Of a DNA stretch of 64,000 bases, positions 1 to 8,178 are shown piece by piece. The notes under the pieces are model-generated. The model was given only the letters and a program-made list of their open reading frames with translations, did not search any database and was not told where the DNA came from. Within the stretch, counting starts at the first letter, position 1, and each line of letters opens with the position of its first letter. The stretch lies in contig JBFWMO010000003.1 of assembly GCA_050251535.1 (NCBI GenBank), forward strand, positions 9,768 through 73,767, given 5' to 3'. Origin of the DNA: Acidithiobacillus sp. (lineage in GTDB: Bacteria > Pseudomonadota > Gammaproteobacteria > Acidithiobacillales > Acidithiobacillaceae). The position numbers and the translations under genes were made by a program.

Positions 1-23
1 CTGTCCCGCACCTGATCTATACC
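1..23 (+). promoter_or_regulatory. copy of the orientation-locked motif CTGNCCCG-N4/5-TGATCTATACC
   Basis: The sequence ctgtcccgcacctgatctatacc lies 33 nt upstream of the ATG at 56. The same motif recurs upstream of about 10 other ICE genes. Confidence 0.5.
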
Positions 24-55
24 TGCGTATAGGTGTATTGCCTCTGGAGGACAAT

Positions 56-1057
56 ATGGCACTTCCGAAACGAACGACGCTGGCGATGGCTTTGCTGCTT
101 GTCAGTCCGCTGGCGATGGCGTCTCAGGCCGAAACTGCCGCGCAGGCTCTCGCGCGAATGCAAACCGATGCGCAGGTGTTGCAGAATATCGCCAATACCT
201 GGCCGCAGATTCAGACCCAAGCGCAAAACTACGGGCAGTTTTCTGGATATGCGGATCGGGAATGGGCCGGGGAAGGTCCCATCGTGGAAACAGAGTTGGG
301 CGGAGAGGAGCTTTGCCATAACACCCGTTGGGATAGTGACACGTCCAATCTCGTGACTGGCGGCCTGAACATCGCTGGAGATGCCGAGGCGGAAGCATAT
401 GCAATGGAGTTTGTGAGCGAAGATTTTTTGTCGCAGCTCGGGGACTATCTGGACGCGACCGCGCAGCAGGTACAAGCCCCCAATCTTGCGCAGGTGCAGC
501 AGGAGGCAACGCGGATGGAAACCGCGTCCTCGCAGTTGAACGAGCTTCTGAATACGGTAGGCAACCAGGTATCGGCGGCGCTCGGACAGAACTCCGCTTT
601 GACACCTCTGCCGATCAGTAACTGGCAGGCGGGTATCGGCGATATTCCGAACCTGTCGGCGTCGGAATATGTTCCGGGACCAAACGACGGCGCTCCGATT
701 GGCTGGAGCGTGCCGCCCGTTCGTGGATTTGCCCGCCTGATCGATGTCTGTCCAACAGGCACGGCAACCATTCCCATGTTGCCCTATCAAGGCGAGGTTC
801 TGAATGCCATTCAGGTGACGGTTCAGGAAAACCCGGAGATGGCACAGAATATCCAGAGTCTGGAAACCCCTAGTAGCTATTCCATCCCAGAAAATGCGGG
901 AATTCGCGGGTTGCCGGGGGATTATTCCACGCGGATGCGAGTCGTCGGCGTTTTAGGGCAGGATCTGCCCGCCATCGCGGCTTATATGGGGCCAGTCGAT
1001 TCGGGACTCGCCGCGTACAATCAGGAAGCGCAGTCTGTGCTGGGTGTGGTATCGTGA
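56..1057 (+). CDS. secreted protein in the T4SS locus, function unknown (possible TrbJ/VirB5-like paralogue)
   Basis: ORF 38..1057. GGAGG lies 5 nt before the ATG at 56. Signal peptide LAMALLLVSPLAMA-SQA resembles that of the downstream TrbJ (LTLVSPLAMA-GGA). The N-terminal half is Gln-rich and helical. The stop overlaps the next start (GTGA). Confidence 0.55.
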   Translation: MALPKRTTLAMALLLVSPLAMASQAETAAQALARMQTDAQVLQNIANTWPQIQTQAQNYGQFSGYADREWAGEGPIVETELGGEELCHNTRWDSDTSNLVTGGLNIAGDAEAEAYAMEFVSEDFLSQLGDYLDATAQQVQAPNLAQVQQEATRMETASSQLNELLNTVGNQVSAALGQNSALTPLPISNWQAGIGDIPNLSASEYVPGPNDGAPIGWSVPPVRGFARLIDVCPTGTATIPMLPYQGEVLNAIQVTVQENPEMAQNIQSLETPSSYSIPENAGIRGLPGDYSTRMRVVGVLGQDLPAIAAYMGPVDSGLAAYNQEAQSVLGVVS

Positions 1058-1233
1058 AAGAAAAGAATGTGGAAATCCGGGCGGCTGGCCGCAATTTTCT
1101 GATCGTCAAAAACGATCGGCTGATTGGCGGGATCGTTCGCCGCAACGGTGCCTGGGAGCTGGTGATTCCCGATGGCGGCAGTCATCCGTTTGCGAACCTG
1201 GAAGCGGCACAGTCCGAGGCGCGAAAATTGTGA
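1054..1233 (+). CDS. small hypothetical protein (59 aa, GTG start)
   Basis: My own translation is VKEKNVEIRAAGRNFLIVKNDRLIGGIVRRNGAWELVIPDGGSHPFANLEAAQSEARKL. It has GTGA overlaps with both the upstream and downstream ORFs. It falls below the length cutoff of the ORF track. Confidence 0.35.
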   Translation: MKEKNVEIRAAGRNFLIVKNDRLIGGIVRRNGAWELVIPDGGSHPFANLEAAQSEARKL

Positions 1234-1424
1234 GCCGCGCGGCCCAGGATCAAGCGTTTCGGACGCTGGTGAAAGCGTGGGTGGACACAATCCCCCTGGC
1301 GTGGCTCGAAGAGGAAACCGTCTCCATGATCTGTCAGCCGGTGGTCCTGTCAGAGATTCGGGTGCTGGCCGCACAAGGGTATCGCCGAGCACAATTCTTT
1401 GTTGCCCATTATCGACCATTGTAA
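1230..1424 (+). CDS. small conserved ICE protein, paralogue of 27600..27791
   Basis: Internal GTG start in ORF 1044..1424. The sequence FRTLVKAWVDTIPLAWLEE...EIRVLAAQGYRRAQFFVAHY aligns with FRNVVKEWLNVIPMEWLED...EIRVLAAQGYRRAVLFMAHF. Confidence 0.55.
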   Translation: MSRAAQDQAFRTLVKAWVDTIPLAWLEEETVSMICQPVVLSEIRVLAAQGYRRAQFFVAHYRPL

Positions 1425-1440
1425 AAAAGGAGGGTTGGGC

Positions 1441-2208
1441 ATGAACAGAAATCAGGTGCGGAACATCACGGTTGCTGTGGGCTTGACTCTGGTAAGCCCG
1501 CTGGCAATGGCCGGCGGCGCCGTTACAGGCGGCGCGACATTCCCTGAACAGATCGTTCAGGAAGGAACTTCCGTTGAGCAGCTTGCGAAGCAGGCGGAAG
1601 AGGTCAGCACGCAGATTTCGCAGTATGCCAACATGATCCAGCGTTACGAAAACATGGTCCAGAACACCGTGACCATGCCCATAGGCATGTTTGACAAAGT
1701 CTGGAACCCGTTGGTCGGCAGCATTTCCAAGTTGGAGGGCATCTACAGCCAGGCCCAGGCGCTGGGGTATGCCGGGCAGAACATTGGCGCGCAGCTCGCC
1801 CAGGAGTATCAGGGTGCGGGGAGCTCGATTGCGAACCTGTCGCAGAACTACGCCAACTGGAACAACTCCACCAATACCGTCATGCAGGATACGTTGCAGT
1901 CATTTGGATTGAGTGCGAATGATTTCGCGACGGAAGATCAGTCCATGCAGACGATCCAGCAGGAAGCCGCGACGGCCCAGGGGCGAGCGCAGGTAGCCGG
2001 CGCTGCGGTGGCTGCGGCCAACGTGACGACCAAAGCCATTCAGCAACTGGCGACGATCACCGAGAACGGGTATCGCGCGCAGATTGCGTATGAGAAACAG
2101 AAGAAGGCACAGGCGAATGCAACCAATCAGGCGGTAGCTGATAGCTTGTTGGCGCCGGGGACAAACTTGACCCCCAGCACAGGCCCCGCAGTGTTGTCCG
2201 TTCCATAA
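1441..2208 (+). CDS. trbJ: P-type conjugative transfer protein TrbJ (VirB5-like)
   Basis: AAGGAGG precedes the ATG at 1441. It has a signal peptide and a Gln/Asn-rich coiled coil (QYANMIQRYENMVQNTV). It sits directly upstream of the trbK-like and trbL genes. Confidence 0.75.
   Translation: MNRNQVRNITVAVGLTLVSPLAMAGGAVTGGATFPEQIVQEGTSVEQLAKQAEEVSTQISQYANMIQRYENMVQNTVTMPIGMFDKVWNPLVGSISKLEGIYSQAQALGYAGQNIGAQLAQEYQGAGSSIANLSQNYANWNNSTNTVMQDTLQSFGLSANDFATEDQSMQTIQQEAATAQGRAQVAGAAVAAANVTTKAIQQLATITENGYRAQIAYEKQKKAQANATNQAVADSLLAPGTNLTPSTGPAVLSVP
2144..2205 (+). repeat. direct repeat copy 1 (encodes the TrbJ C-terminus SLLAPGTNLTPSTGPAVLSVP)
   Basis: A ~62-nt segment that is highly similar to 2344..2406. 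Confidence 0.9.
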
Positions 2209-2223
2209 GGAAAGAGGTGAATT

Positions 2224-2427
2224 ATGCGAAAAATCAATAACATTTCCCGGTTGTCCCTGTTGGTGATGGTCGTTCTCCTCGCGAGTGCCTGCGCCAAGAA
2301 AGAGGATGGGGGCGCGGCTTCTGCCCGGCAGACGATGAAGAACAGTCTGTTGGCGCCGGGGACCAATCTGGCCCCCAGCACAGGCCCCGCAGTACTGGCG
2401 ATCCCGATGGAAAAAACAAAGAGTTGA
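2224..2427 (+). CDS. trbK: small lipoprotein, TrbK-like entry-exclusion candidate
   Basis: 67 aa with lipobox LLASAC. Its position between trbJ and trbL matches IncP/Ti trb operons. Confidence 0.6.
   Translation: MRKINNISRLSLLVMVVLLASACAKKEDGGAASARQTMKNSLLAPGTNLAPSTGPAVLAIPMEKTKS
2344..2406 (+). repeat. direct repeat copy 2 (encodes the TrbK-like C-terminus SLLAPGTNLAPSTGPAVLAIP)
   Basis: See 2144..2205. Confidence 0.9.
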
Positions 2428-2437
2428 GGGCAGCTTG

Positions 2438-4366
2438 ATGAGAAAGAAGATCGCAGGTCTGTATGCCGGATTCCTGCTGTTTCTGGTCCCGGCCATTTCT
2501 TTTGCCGATACGAGCACGGGGCTTGGTTCGGTGCGGTCCGAACTGGAAAGCACCATCATGCCGTGGCAAGGCGTCATGCAGACTGCGGCGACCGATCTGT
2601 TCTACGTTCTTGCCGCCGTCGAGTTCAGCGTTTTGTTTTTGAACCATGTGCTGAACAAGCGCGGGCATGAGGATTTCTTTGCGTCGGTCATCAAGAAGGT
2701 GGTGACACTGGGCTTCTTCCTGACGGTGCTGGACAATGCCGGCACCTGGTTCCCCGCCATTATCAATGGACTGGCGGGCGGTGCGCACGCGCTAGGAGTT
2801 ACCACCGTGACTCCGGGCACGATTGCAGGGGAAGCCCTCAAGACGTTCCTTGGCGTGGCGTTCGCGCCCGTTGCCGCAGCAGCGCATAACGATGCCAGCT
2901 TCTGGAGCGACCTGATCAGCTTCAATTTTTCGGGAATGTTTTCGTCGCTTACCAAACTGTTGACTGGTGCCAACCCGTTTTCTCTGCTGCTGGAAATGCT
3001 GATGTCGGTTGTCATCGGACTGCTGGCGGGCCTGGGGATTTTGGTTATGGCCCTGGAATTCCTGATGGTGCAGATCGAAAGTTATCTGGTGATTGCCCTC
3101 GGTGTGATCATGCTGGCAGGCGGCGGCCTGCGCTGGACGGCCAAGTATGTCGGCACCTATTTTGACTACGCCGTGAATGTTGGCGTCCGGCTGTTCATTC
3201 TCACGGCGCTGGCCTATCTCGTGACGTACAGTATTACCCCGTTGATCGAAAAGACCATGCAGAACGTGGCCAACCCGTTCCAGATGGCCTTTCAGGTTCT
3301 GATTCTCGGTGCTGTTGTGGCGCTTCTACCGCGCAAGGCATCCAGTATTGCCAACAGCCTGTTGTCCGGCAAGTCGAGCTTTACCGGCGGCGAGATGATG
3401 AAAGAGGGCGCCATGGTTGCCGGTGGAACGGTCATGGCGGGTGCTGGTCTGGCTGCCGCAGGCGTCGGCCTTGCAGGCGCTGCGGGAGCCGGTTCCCTCG
3501 GCGCGGCAGCGGGGGCCGGCGGCGGATCTGCTGGTGGTGCAGCCGGTGGCGCTGGCAGCTTGTCTGCTGCGGCGAGTGGCGCAGGCGAAGCGGCGGCGGG
3601 TGTGCCTGTCCCGGCTGGTGTGATGGAGAGCCTGCCATCCGCTGGCGGATCTGGCCCGGCAGGCGGTGCGTCCGGTGGTGCTCCGGCATCTTCCGGCAGT
3701 AGCTCTGGTTCGGCTGGCGCCCCGAGTGGCGGCGCTTCACAGCAGAGTGGCACACAGCCGAAAAAAGACGAGAGACAAAGTGAGGATCCAGCGTCTTCCG
3801 TTGGTAACAACGCGCCATCCGCTCCGGCGCAAGGGGAAGGCCCAGCGGCAGGCAGGGAGCAAAGCTCCGGTGCGGAAACGACAGCCGCTGAAGTAGCGGG
3901 CGGTGCAGCCCTGGCAACGGGTGCGGCGGCGGACATGGCTGCAACGACGAAAGCGGCTCAGCCTGCAAGTGCTCCCGCGACGGCTGGAGCCAGGACCGCA
4001 GCGCCTGCGCCGTCATCCGCTGGCGGCGGTTCCGGCAGCACCCCAGGCCAACCTGCCGGACAGTCGGCATCCGGCGGCGCGGCACCTGTATCTGATGGCG
4101 CCAGTGGCGAAGCGCCGGCCACTCCAGAAGCCCCGCTTCCGCCTGTATCCGATGCCCACGGTGTTCCTGCCCCAAGCGGTGCCACCCTCGATGACGTAGT
4201 GAACGCTATCAAGCAGGGGCAGCCGAAGCCGTTATCATTAAAGGATATGGCGGCTAAAGAGCTAATGAGTCGCGGTAAAAATCACGTCATCGACGACACT
4301 CTATTTAGAAAAGACGACGGCGTTTCTGGGTCTGGCGGGATTCAGACAGGCCACGGACAGGATTGA
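2438..4366 (+). CDS. trbL: TrbL/VirB6 family T4SS inner-membrane protein with a long Ala/Gly/Ser/Pro-rich C-terminal extension
   Basis: The N-terminal ~320 aa are polytopic. Its place in the trb gene order fits TrbL. From about residue 320 to 590 the sequence is low complexity (AGAGLAAAGVGLAGAAGAGS...). Confidence 0.85.
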   Translation: MRKKIAGLYAGFLLFLVPAISFADTSTGLGSVRSELESTIMPWQGVMQTAATDLFYVLAAVEFSVLFLNHVLNKRGHEDFFASVIKKVVTLGFFLTVLDNAGTWFPAIINGLAGGAHALGVTTVTPGTIAGEALKTFLGVAFAPVAAAAHNDASFWSDLISFNFSGMFSSLTKLLTGANPFSLLLEMLMSVVIGLLAGLGILVMALEFLMVQIESYLVIALGVIMLAGGGLRWTAKYVGTYFDYAVNVGVRLFILTALAYLVTYSITPLIEKTMQNVANPFQMAFQVLILGAVVALLPRKASSIANSLLSGKSSFTGGEMMKEGAMVAGGTVMAGAGLAAAGVGLAGAAGAGSLGAAAGAGGGSAGGAAGGAGSLSAAASGAGEAAAGVPVPAGVMESLPSAGGSGPAGGASGGAPASSGSSSGSAGAPSGGASQQSGTQPKKDERQSEDPASSVGNNAPSAPAQGEGPAAGREQSSGAETTAAEVAGGAALATGAAADMAATTKAAQPASAPATAGARTAAPAPSSAGGGSGSTPGQPAGQSASGGAAPVSDGASGEAPATPEAPLPPVSDAHGVPAPSGATLDDVVNAIKQGQPKPLSLKDMAAKELMSRGKNHVIDDTLFRKDDGVSGSGGIQTGHGQD

Positions 4367-4369
4367 TCC

Positions 4370-4398
4370 TTGACAAGCGCCGAGACTGGCTCTATATC
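4370..4398 (+). promoter_or_regulatory. sigma70-like promoter (TTGACA-17 nt-TATATC)
   Basis: TTGACA at 4370-4375, a 17-nt spacer, and TATATC at 4393-4398, about 30 nt upstream of the ATG at 4428. Confidence 0.5.
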
Positions 4399-4427
4399 AT
4401 GAAAAAGTGTTGATTCGAGGTGTTGTT

Positions 4428-4781
4428 ATGATGTTCGATACCAGATCGCCTTACATTGACGAGCAAGAATATAGAGACGGAGAGCTAAAGTGGGTGCGGA
4501 AGAATAATCCGCATTACGTGGACCAGAACCCCTACGGTCTGGTAGCTATCCTAGCTCTTCCATTTTATAGCTTCTATTCTCTCGCCCGTGGCCTTGCCGA
4601 CCCGTACTCGCGTCCGGCCATTTTGCGCTGGACGGCGATCCTGCTGTTCATCGGCTTCGGGATTCCGCTGCTGTTTTTCGCGGGTGCCGTGGTGGCAGTC
4701 TTTCTGTATGAGCCGCACCAGTTTCTGGCGCATGTTGCGGCGACCAACTGGCCGGCGGTGTGGAAGAAAGCGGGGCTGTAG
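4428..4781 (+). CDS. hypothetical membrane protein
   Basis: ORF 4407..4781 with an internal ATG at 4428. It has two or three hydrophobic helices (LVAILALPFYSFYSL, ILLFIGFGIPLLFFAGAVVAVFLY). Confidence 0.5.
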   Translation: MMFDTRSPYIDEQEYRDGELKWVRKNNPHYVDQNPYGLVAILALPFYSFYSLARGLADPYSRPAILRWTAILLFIGFGIPLLFFAGAVVAVFLYEPHQFLAHVAATNWPAVWKKAGL

Positions 4782-4933
4782 GGGCATCCCAAGATCGGAG
4801 GTAGTTATGGATAGCGTATGGGAAGTATTGGCTCAGAAATACCTTGGCAATGTGTTTTTTCGTCGTCAAACCGACGCCGCTGCGAGCCGGGGCGACAGGC
4901 ATGCTCTCTGCGTAATCACTACCGCAGCGGCAA

Positions 4934-5117
4934 TTGCAAAGTAACCTGGCCGCGTGCGCGAACCTGCGGGAAGCCGTAGAACTCCGCAGGCGGCAACAGG
5001 ATTGGCCGCAGGTGCAACGGAGTGGCTATTTGCTGGACTTGCTCTGCTATTTTGCTCCGCAGCATAAGGGATTGTGCGTGACCGTGATAAAGAGCGGGGC
5101 AAGGGGCGTGATTTATG
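4934..5117 (+). pseudogene. deletion remnant of the 35049..36456 two-gene module
   Basis: 4975-5066 matches 35276-35361 (encoding ...WPQVQRSGYLLDLLCYFAPQH). It is joined directly to a copy of 36404-36459 (attgtgcgtgaccgtgataaagagcggggcaaggggcgtg.tttatgaaa). The junction lies at a shared GCAT. Confidence 0.65.
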
Positions 5118-5702
5118 AAACGAGAAGATATTGAAAAGTCATTCTCCCGGATTGGAGAGCTTGCGGACAGGCAGGGGATCATTGTCGATTTGGCGGTGTA
5201 TGGTGGTTCGGCAATGGCGTTACGATGGGAATTCCGCCGTTCCACAAGGGACGTGGATGTTATCATTTCTGGCGACAAATCTTTTATGAGAAAAGCCGTT
5301 TCTATGGTTGGCGAAGAAATGGGGCTGCCAGACAACTGGATGAACGATGCCGTAAAGGGTTTCTCTTCGTCCAACGCAGATCACGAGTTTTACAAGGAGT
5401 ATCTTGGCGAGAGCGGAGGGATCAGAGTGTTTGTTCCAAAAGCCGAATATCTTCTCGCCATGAAATGTATGGCGATGCGGCTGGATTCTCCTGACGGCCA
5501 TAACGACGCTGATGACATCAAGTCGCTAGTAGCTGTTGTCGGTGTGAAAAGCAAAAAAGATTTGTGTGATACGGTAGAGAGGTACTATCCTAGAGACAAA
5601 ATTCCGTCGAAAGTGTATTTTGGGATAGAACAAATCATGATCGAGGTGAACCTTGAGAACCGAAGAAAGCGCAAAAAATCTCCGCCCGAAAACTCTCTTT
5701 GA
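5115..5702 (+). CDS. nucleotidyltransferase-fold protein (MNT/DUF6036-like)
   Basis: The motif LAVYGGSAMALRWEFRRSTRDVDVI (GG-x-A...R-x-T/S-x-DVD) is typical of minimal NTases. The ATG overlaps the TGA of the upstream remnant. Confidence 0.65.
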   Translation: MKREDIEKSFSRIGELADRQGIIVDLAVYGGSAMALRWEFRRSTRDVDVIISGDKSFMRKAVSMVGEEMGLPDNWMNDAVKGFSSSNADHEFYKEYLGESGGIRVFVPKAEYLLAMKCMAMRLDSPDGHNDADDIKSLVAVVGVKSKKDLCDTVERYYPRDKIPSKVYFGIEQIMIEVNLENRRKRKKSPPENSL

Positions 5703-6069
5703 GGTTGCGCGGAGGGCTCGGGAAGGCGAAACCTCTGGCTTCGCAATCAAGGAATTTCTGGACGAATACTATGCGGCTCCGGCTGCGGATAGGCCGAGCA
5801 TGCTGGAAGCGGAGCCAGATTCGGTGGAACTTCCTGACCGCTGGAAGACTCTGGTAACGGACGCCTATCTTTCGGCGGTGGCCGAGGCGCTAAGTTACTA
5901 CGAAGGCAGGGATGCGCCTCGCTGGGTATTTCAGGACCGCTTTTTCCTGGACAACCCCTGGTTTGCTTCGCCCATCGACGGGATGAGACCCCTGCTGCTG
6001 ATGGAGAGCCCCGTGTTTTTCCGCAGAAGAAATCTGTTTGTCAGCCGGAACGCGCTGGCACGGGCGTGA
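5653..6069 (+). CDS. hypothetical protein, partner of the 5115 NTase
   Basis: TTG start 6 nt after GAGGTG. It overlaps the upstream gene by 50 nt. I recognise no motif. Confidence 0.45.
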   Translation: MRTEESAKNLRPKTLFEVARRAREGETSGFAIKEFLDEYYAAPAADRPSMLEAEPDSVELPDRWKTLVTDAYLSAVAEALSYYEGRDAPRWVFQDRFFLDNPWFASPIDGMRPLLLMESPVFFRRRNLFVSRNALARA

Positions 6070-6109
6070 GAATTTTGAAATCCGCAATACCCGTTGTTGC
6101 GCGGGCTGT

Positions 6110-6727
6110 CTATAGTTCTGGCCCTCGCCCTCTCCTGCGGCTGGGAAGTATTTGAGGGATTTTCCCAAGGACTCTGGTGAACCTCGCCGGAACGCTGGAG
6201 TGCAACCATCGTTCTTCTTCTGGCGTGAGGGCGGGGATTTTCCCCAGATTATGCAATACGGTGGGCCGCTCCACCAATCCATGCTCAATCATGGCATCGA
6301 GAAACGGTCCATCCTTGGGCCGGTTTGCGATGGTTTTGGCAAGGAACAGATCTGATGGGTGCATACAGTAACCGACGATCTGGTTGGTATTTTGGCTGGC
6401 CAGCTTATAGCAACGTGATTCCCAGCCTTGCGGCGCCCGTACCGTCTCTTTGGAAACTCCTTGGGCGTAATACCCAAAAGAGTGATGGAAGTACGAATCT
6501 TCTCCCAACGTGCCATCAATCAGGTCGGATTTTTTCTCATCATTGTCGATGGGGATGATGTTCGCTTCCGTCGATAATGTGAAAATGTTGGGCCACTGAC
6601 GTGGGGGCCTGCCGGCTTTTTCCCGTAGCCAAGGCAAAATCGACTGGCTTCCGATGATGAGTACCTCATGGTCCCCGACGATTGCCCCGGAAGCCCGGAT
6701 CAGATGCTCAAGCTGCTCTTCCGTCAT
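6110..6727 (-). CDS. nucleotidyltransferase-fold protein (DUF6036-like) with a C-terminal RGRGPEL tail
   Basis: Contains HEVLIIGSQSILPW and IPIDNDEKKSDL. It overlaps the upstream gene by 20 nt, a TA-like arrangement. Confidence 0.65.
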   Translation of the reverse strand: MTEEQLEHLIRASGAIVGDHEVLIIGSQSILPWLREKAGRPPRQWPNIFTLSTEANIIPIDNDEKKSDLIDGTLGEDSYFHHSFGYYAQGVSKETVRAPQGWESRCYKLASQNTNQIVGYCMHPSDLFLAKTIANRPKDGPFLDAMIEHGLVERPTVLHNLGKIPALTPEEERWLHSSVPARFTRVLGKIPQILPSRRRGRGPEL

Positions 6728-7139
6728 CCCATTGCCCCTCTCTCCACTTCTGCTCGAAATCCAGTAACACCTGCGTCCGCTCTCTGGTCGTCAGCACCAT
6801 GGCAAAGGGAGAACTGCTGCGCATGTCGATGGCGTGCTGATCGGTAGAAAGCATGAGGGAGCGTAAAGCTTCCAGACCTTCGGGAGAACGAACGGCTGCA
6901 TCGAGCCGTCCAACCCACTCAGCAAGCCACACGTCTTCTGGCCTTTCTTGGGAAAACCGTGCTGCCCAATCGCGGGCCTGCCACAGGTACATCTCTGTAC
7001 CCGAATCGGCAACTGAGGTTCCCAGAATCTTGCGGTAAATCGCCCGAAACAGGGCGAGACTTTTGGCGTCATGCCTCAAGAGACCCACTCCGGTATCCCC
7101 CCAATCTATGCAGCAAGCTCGATGCTGGGCGACGCACAA
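6708..7139 (-). CDS. hypothetical protein, upstream partner of the 6110 NTase (start uncertain, possibly the ATG at 6992)
   Basis: The ORF is translationally coupled to 6110..6727. I recognise no motif. Confidence 0.4.
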   Translation of the reverse strand: MCVAQHRACCIDWGDTGVGLLRHDAKSLALFRAIYRKILGTSVADSGTEMYLWQARDWAARFSQERPEDVWLAEWVGRLDAAVRSPEGLEALRSLMLSTDQHAIDMRSSSPFAMVLTTRERTQVLLDFEQKWREGQWDDGRAA

Positions 7140-7143
7140 AATC

Positions 7144-7185
7144 GTCTACCCGGTAGACGGTCTGCCCCGTCGGTGATCTATACCC
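7144..7185 (+). promoter_or_regulatory. operator-promoter module: palindrome GTCTACCCGGTAGAC (7144-7158), 3 nt, then CTGCCCCGtcggTGATCTATACCC
   Basis: Exact palindrome followed by the motif, 23 nt upstream of the RBS and ATG at 7209. Confidence 0.6.
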
Positions 7186-7208
7186 TATCGGAAATTCCGG
7201 AGGGAGTC

Positions 7209-8129
7209 ATGAGCCTGGGTATTCTGGATTCCCGAAGTGGAATCCTGGGTTTTCTTGCTGTTGGATCGATGTTGTTGCTGGTTGGCATCGGCCACTGGAT
7301 GCGTGCCGATTTTCCGCAGGTTTTGGCAGGGTATAGCGCGATCTTGCCTCTACTGGCTTTCTTGTCCATTCTCTTTTCCCTGGACTGGTTCGGAGAAACC
7401 ATCGTGGGATCGTGGGGAATCTGGCAAGCCAGAAGGGATTTGTTTCTGCTTCAGCAGGATCTTGCGGCTCTGGAGCAATGGCGCTTTGGCGGCAGAACGG
7501 GCGTGCTAGCATTCCTGATGCTGTTCTGGGCAAGCATCGCGGCCCTCGCGATATTTGGGTTTTTCTTTTTCTTCATGACAACCTGCACATTGCTTCGCCG
7601 CCATTCCGCCTGGCTTGGCACGGGGGAAGAAATGTTGGACTATTCCGTACTCTGTCTGGTCCTGTTCTGGATGATCTATGCCGGCTTCCTTCTGGTCTGG
7701 AGGAGCCGGCACCGTTTCCCACCCATCCCGGAAGAAGCGGTTCCGGGATTCGCTTCCGTGTTCGCATGGCGTAAAAACCGGCTGCTCCGCGATTCAGAAG
7801 AAGCCGTTGCCTTTCTTTCGCTTTTTCAGAATGCCTGCCCGGAATTTCTACAACCCAGGGGGTTCCCCTGGAAACTCCTGCTGTTCAGCCTTCCCGGATT
7901 CTGCTGGCACTTCTACCGCTGGGCAGGTGGACAATTTTCGCTTCCTCTTGCAGCAACGGCGACCATTGGATGGTTCGGTGCTGGAGCGGTGCTGTTGAGC
8001 TTGTGGTGGCTATTCCCCTGGTCCACCGCGCAAACCAGGGCGTTACTGCACCCGGAACGTGTATCGCCCTGCTCGTACTGGCCGATTCTGCGACTGCGGC
8101 AACTGGCTCAACAGATCCTTTTGCCATGA
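7209..8129 (+). CDS. polytopic membrane protein, unknown function
   Basis: Internal ATG with GGAGGGAG RBS in ORF 7071..8129. It has several hydrophobic helices. Confidence 0.55.
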   Translation: MSLGILDSRSGILGFLAVGSMLLLVGIGHWMRADFPQVLAGYSAILPLLAFLSILFSLDWFGETIVGSWGIWQARRDLFLLQQDLAALEQWRFGGRTGVLAFLMLFWASIAALAIFGFFFFFMTTCTLLRRHSAWLGTGEEMLDYSVLCLVLFWMIYAGFLLVWRSRHRFPPIPEEAVPGFASVFAWRKNRLLRDSEEAVAFLSLFQNACPEFLQPRGFPWKLLLFSLPGFCWHFYRWAGGQFSLPLAATATIGWFGAGAVLLSLWWLFPWSTAQTRALLHPERVSPCSYWPILRLRQLAQQILLP

Positions 8130-8139
8130 GCCTTTTGTC

Positions 8140-8150
8140 GATCTATACCC
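8140..8150 (+). promoter_or_regulatory. GATCTATACCC motif copy
   Basis: Lies 28 nt upstream of the ATG at 8179. Confidence 0.4.
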
Positions 8151-8178
8151 ACTGGTGGTAGGCTTTCGGAGATTCAGG

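Noticed and set aside
3292-4212. Many long ORFs on both strands (for example 3292..3936, 3432..4175, 3958..4212) inside the trbL 3' region
   Set aside because: They are by-products of the GC-rich Ala/Gly/Pro low-complexity coding sequence. The plus-frame TrbL ORF is continuous and sits in the correct operon context.
4807-4944. 45-codon ORF (MDSVWEVLAQKYLGNVFF...) after the 4428 membrane gene
   Set aside because: It is short, has no recognisable motif, and lies at the edge of a rearranged remnant. It cannot be supported.
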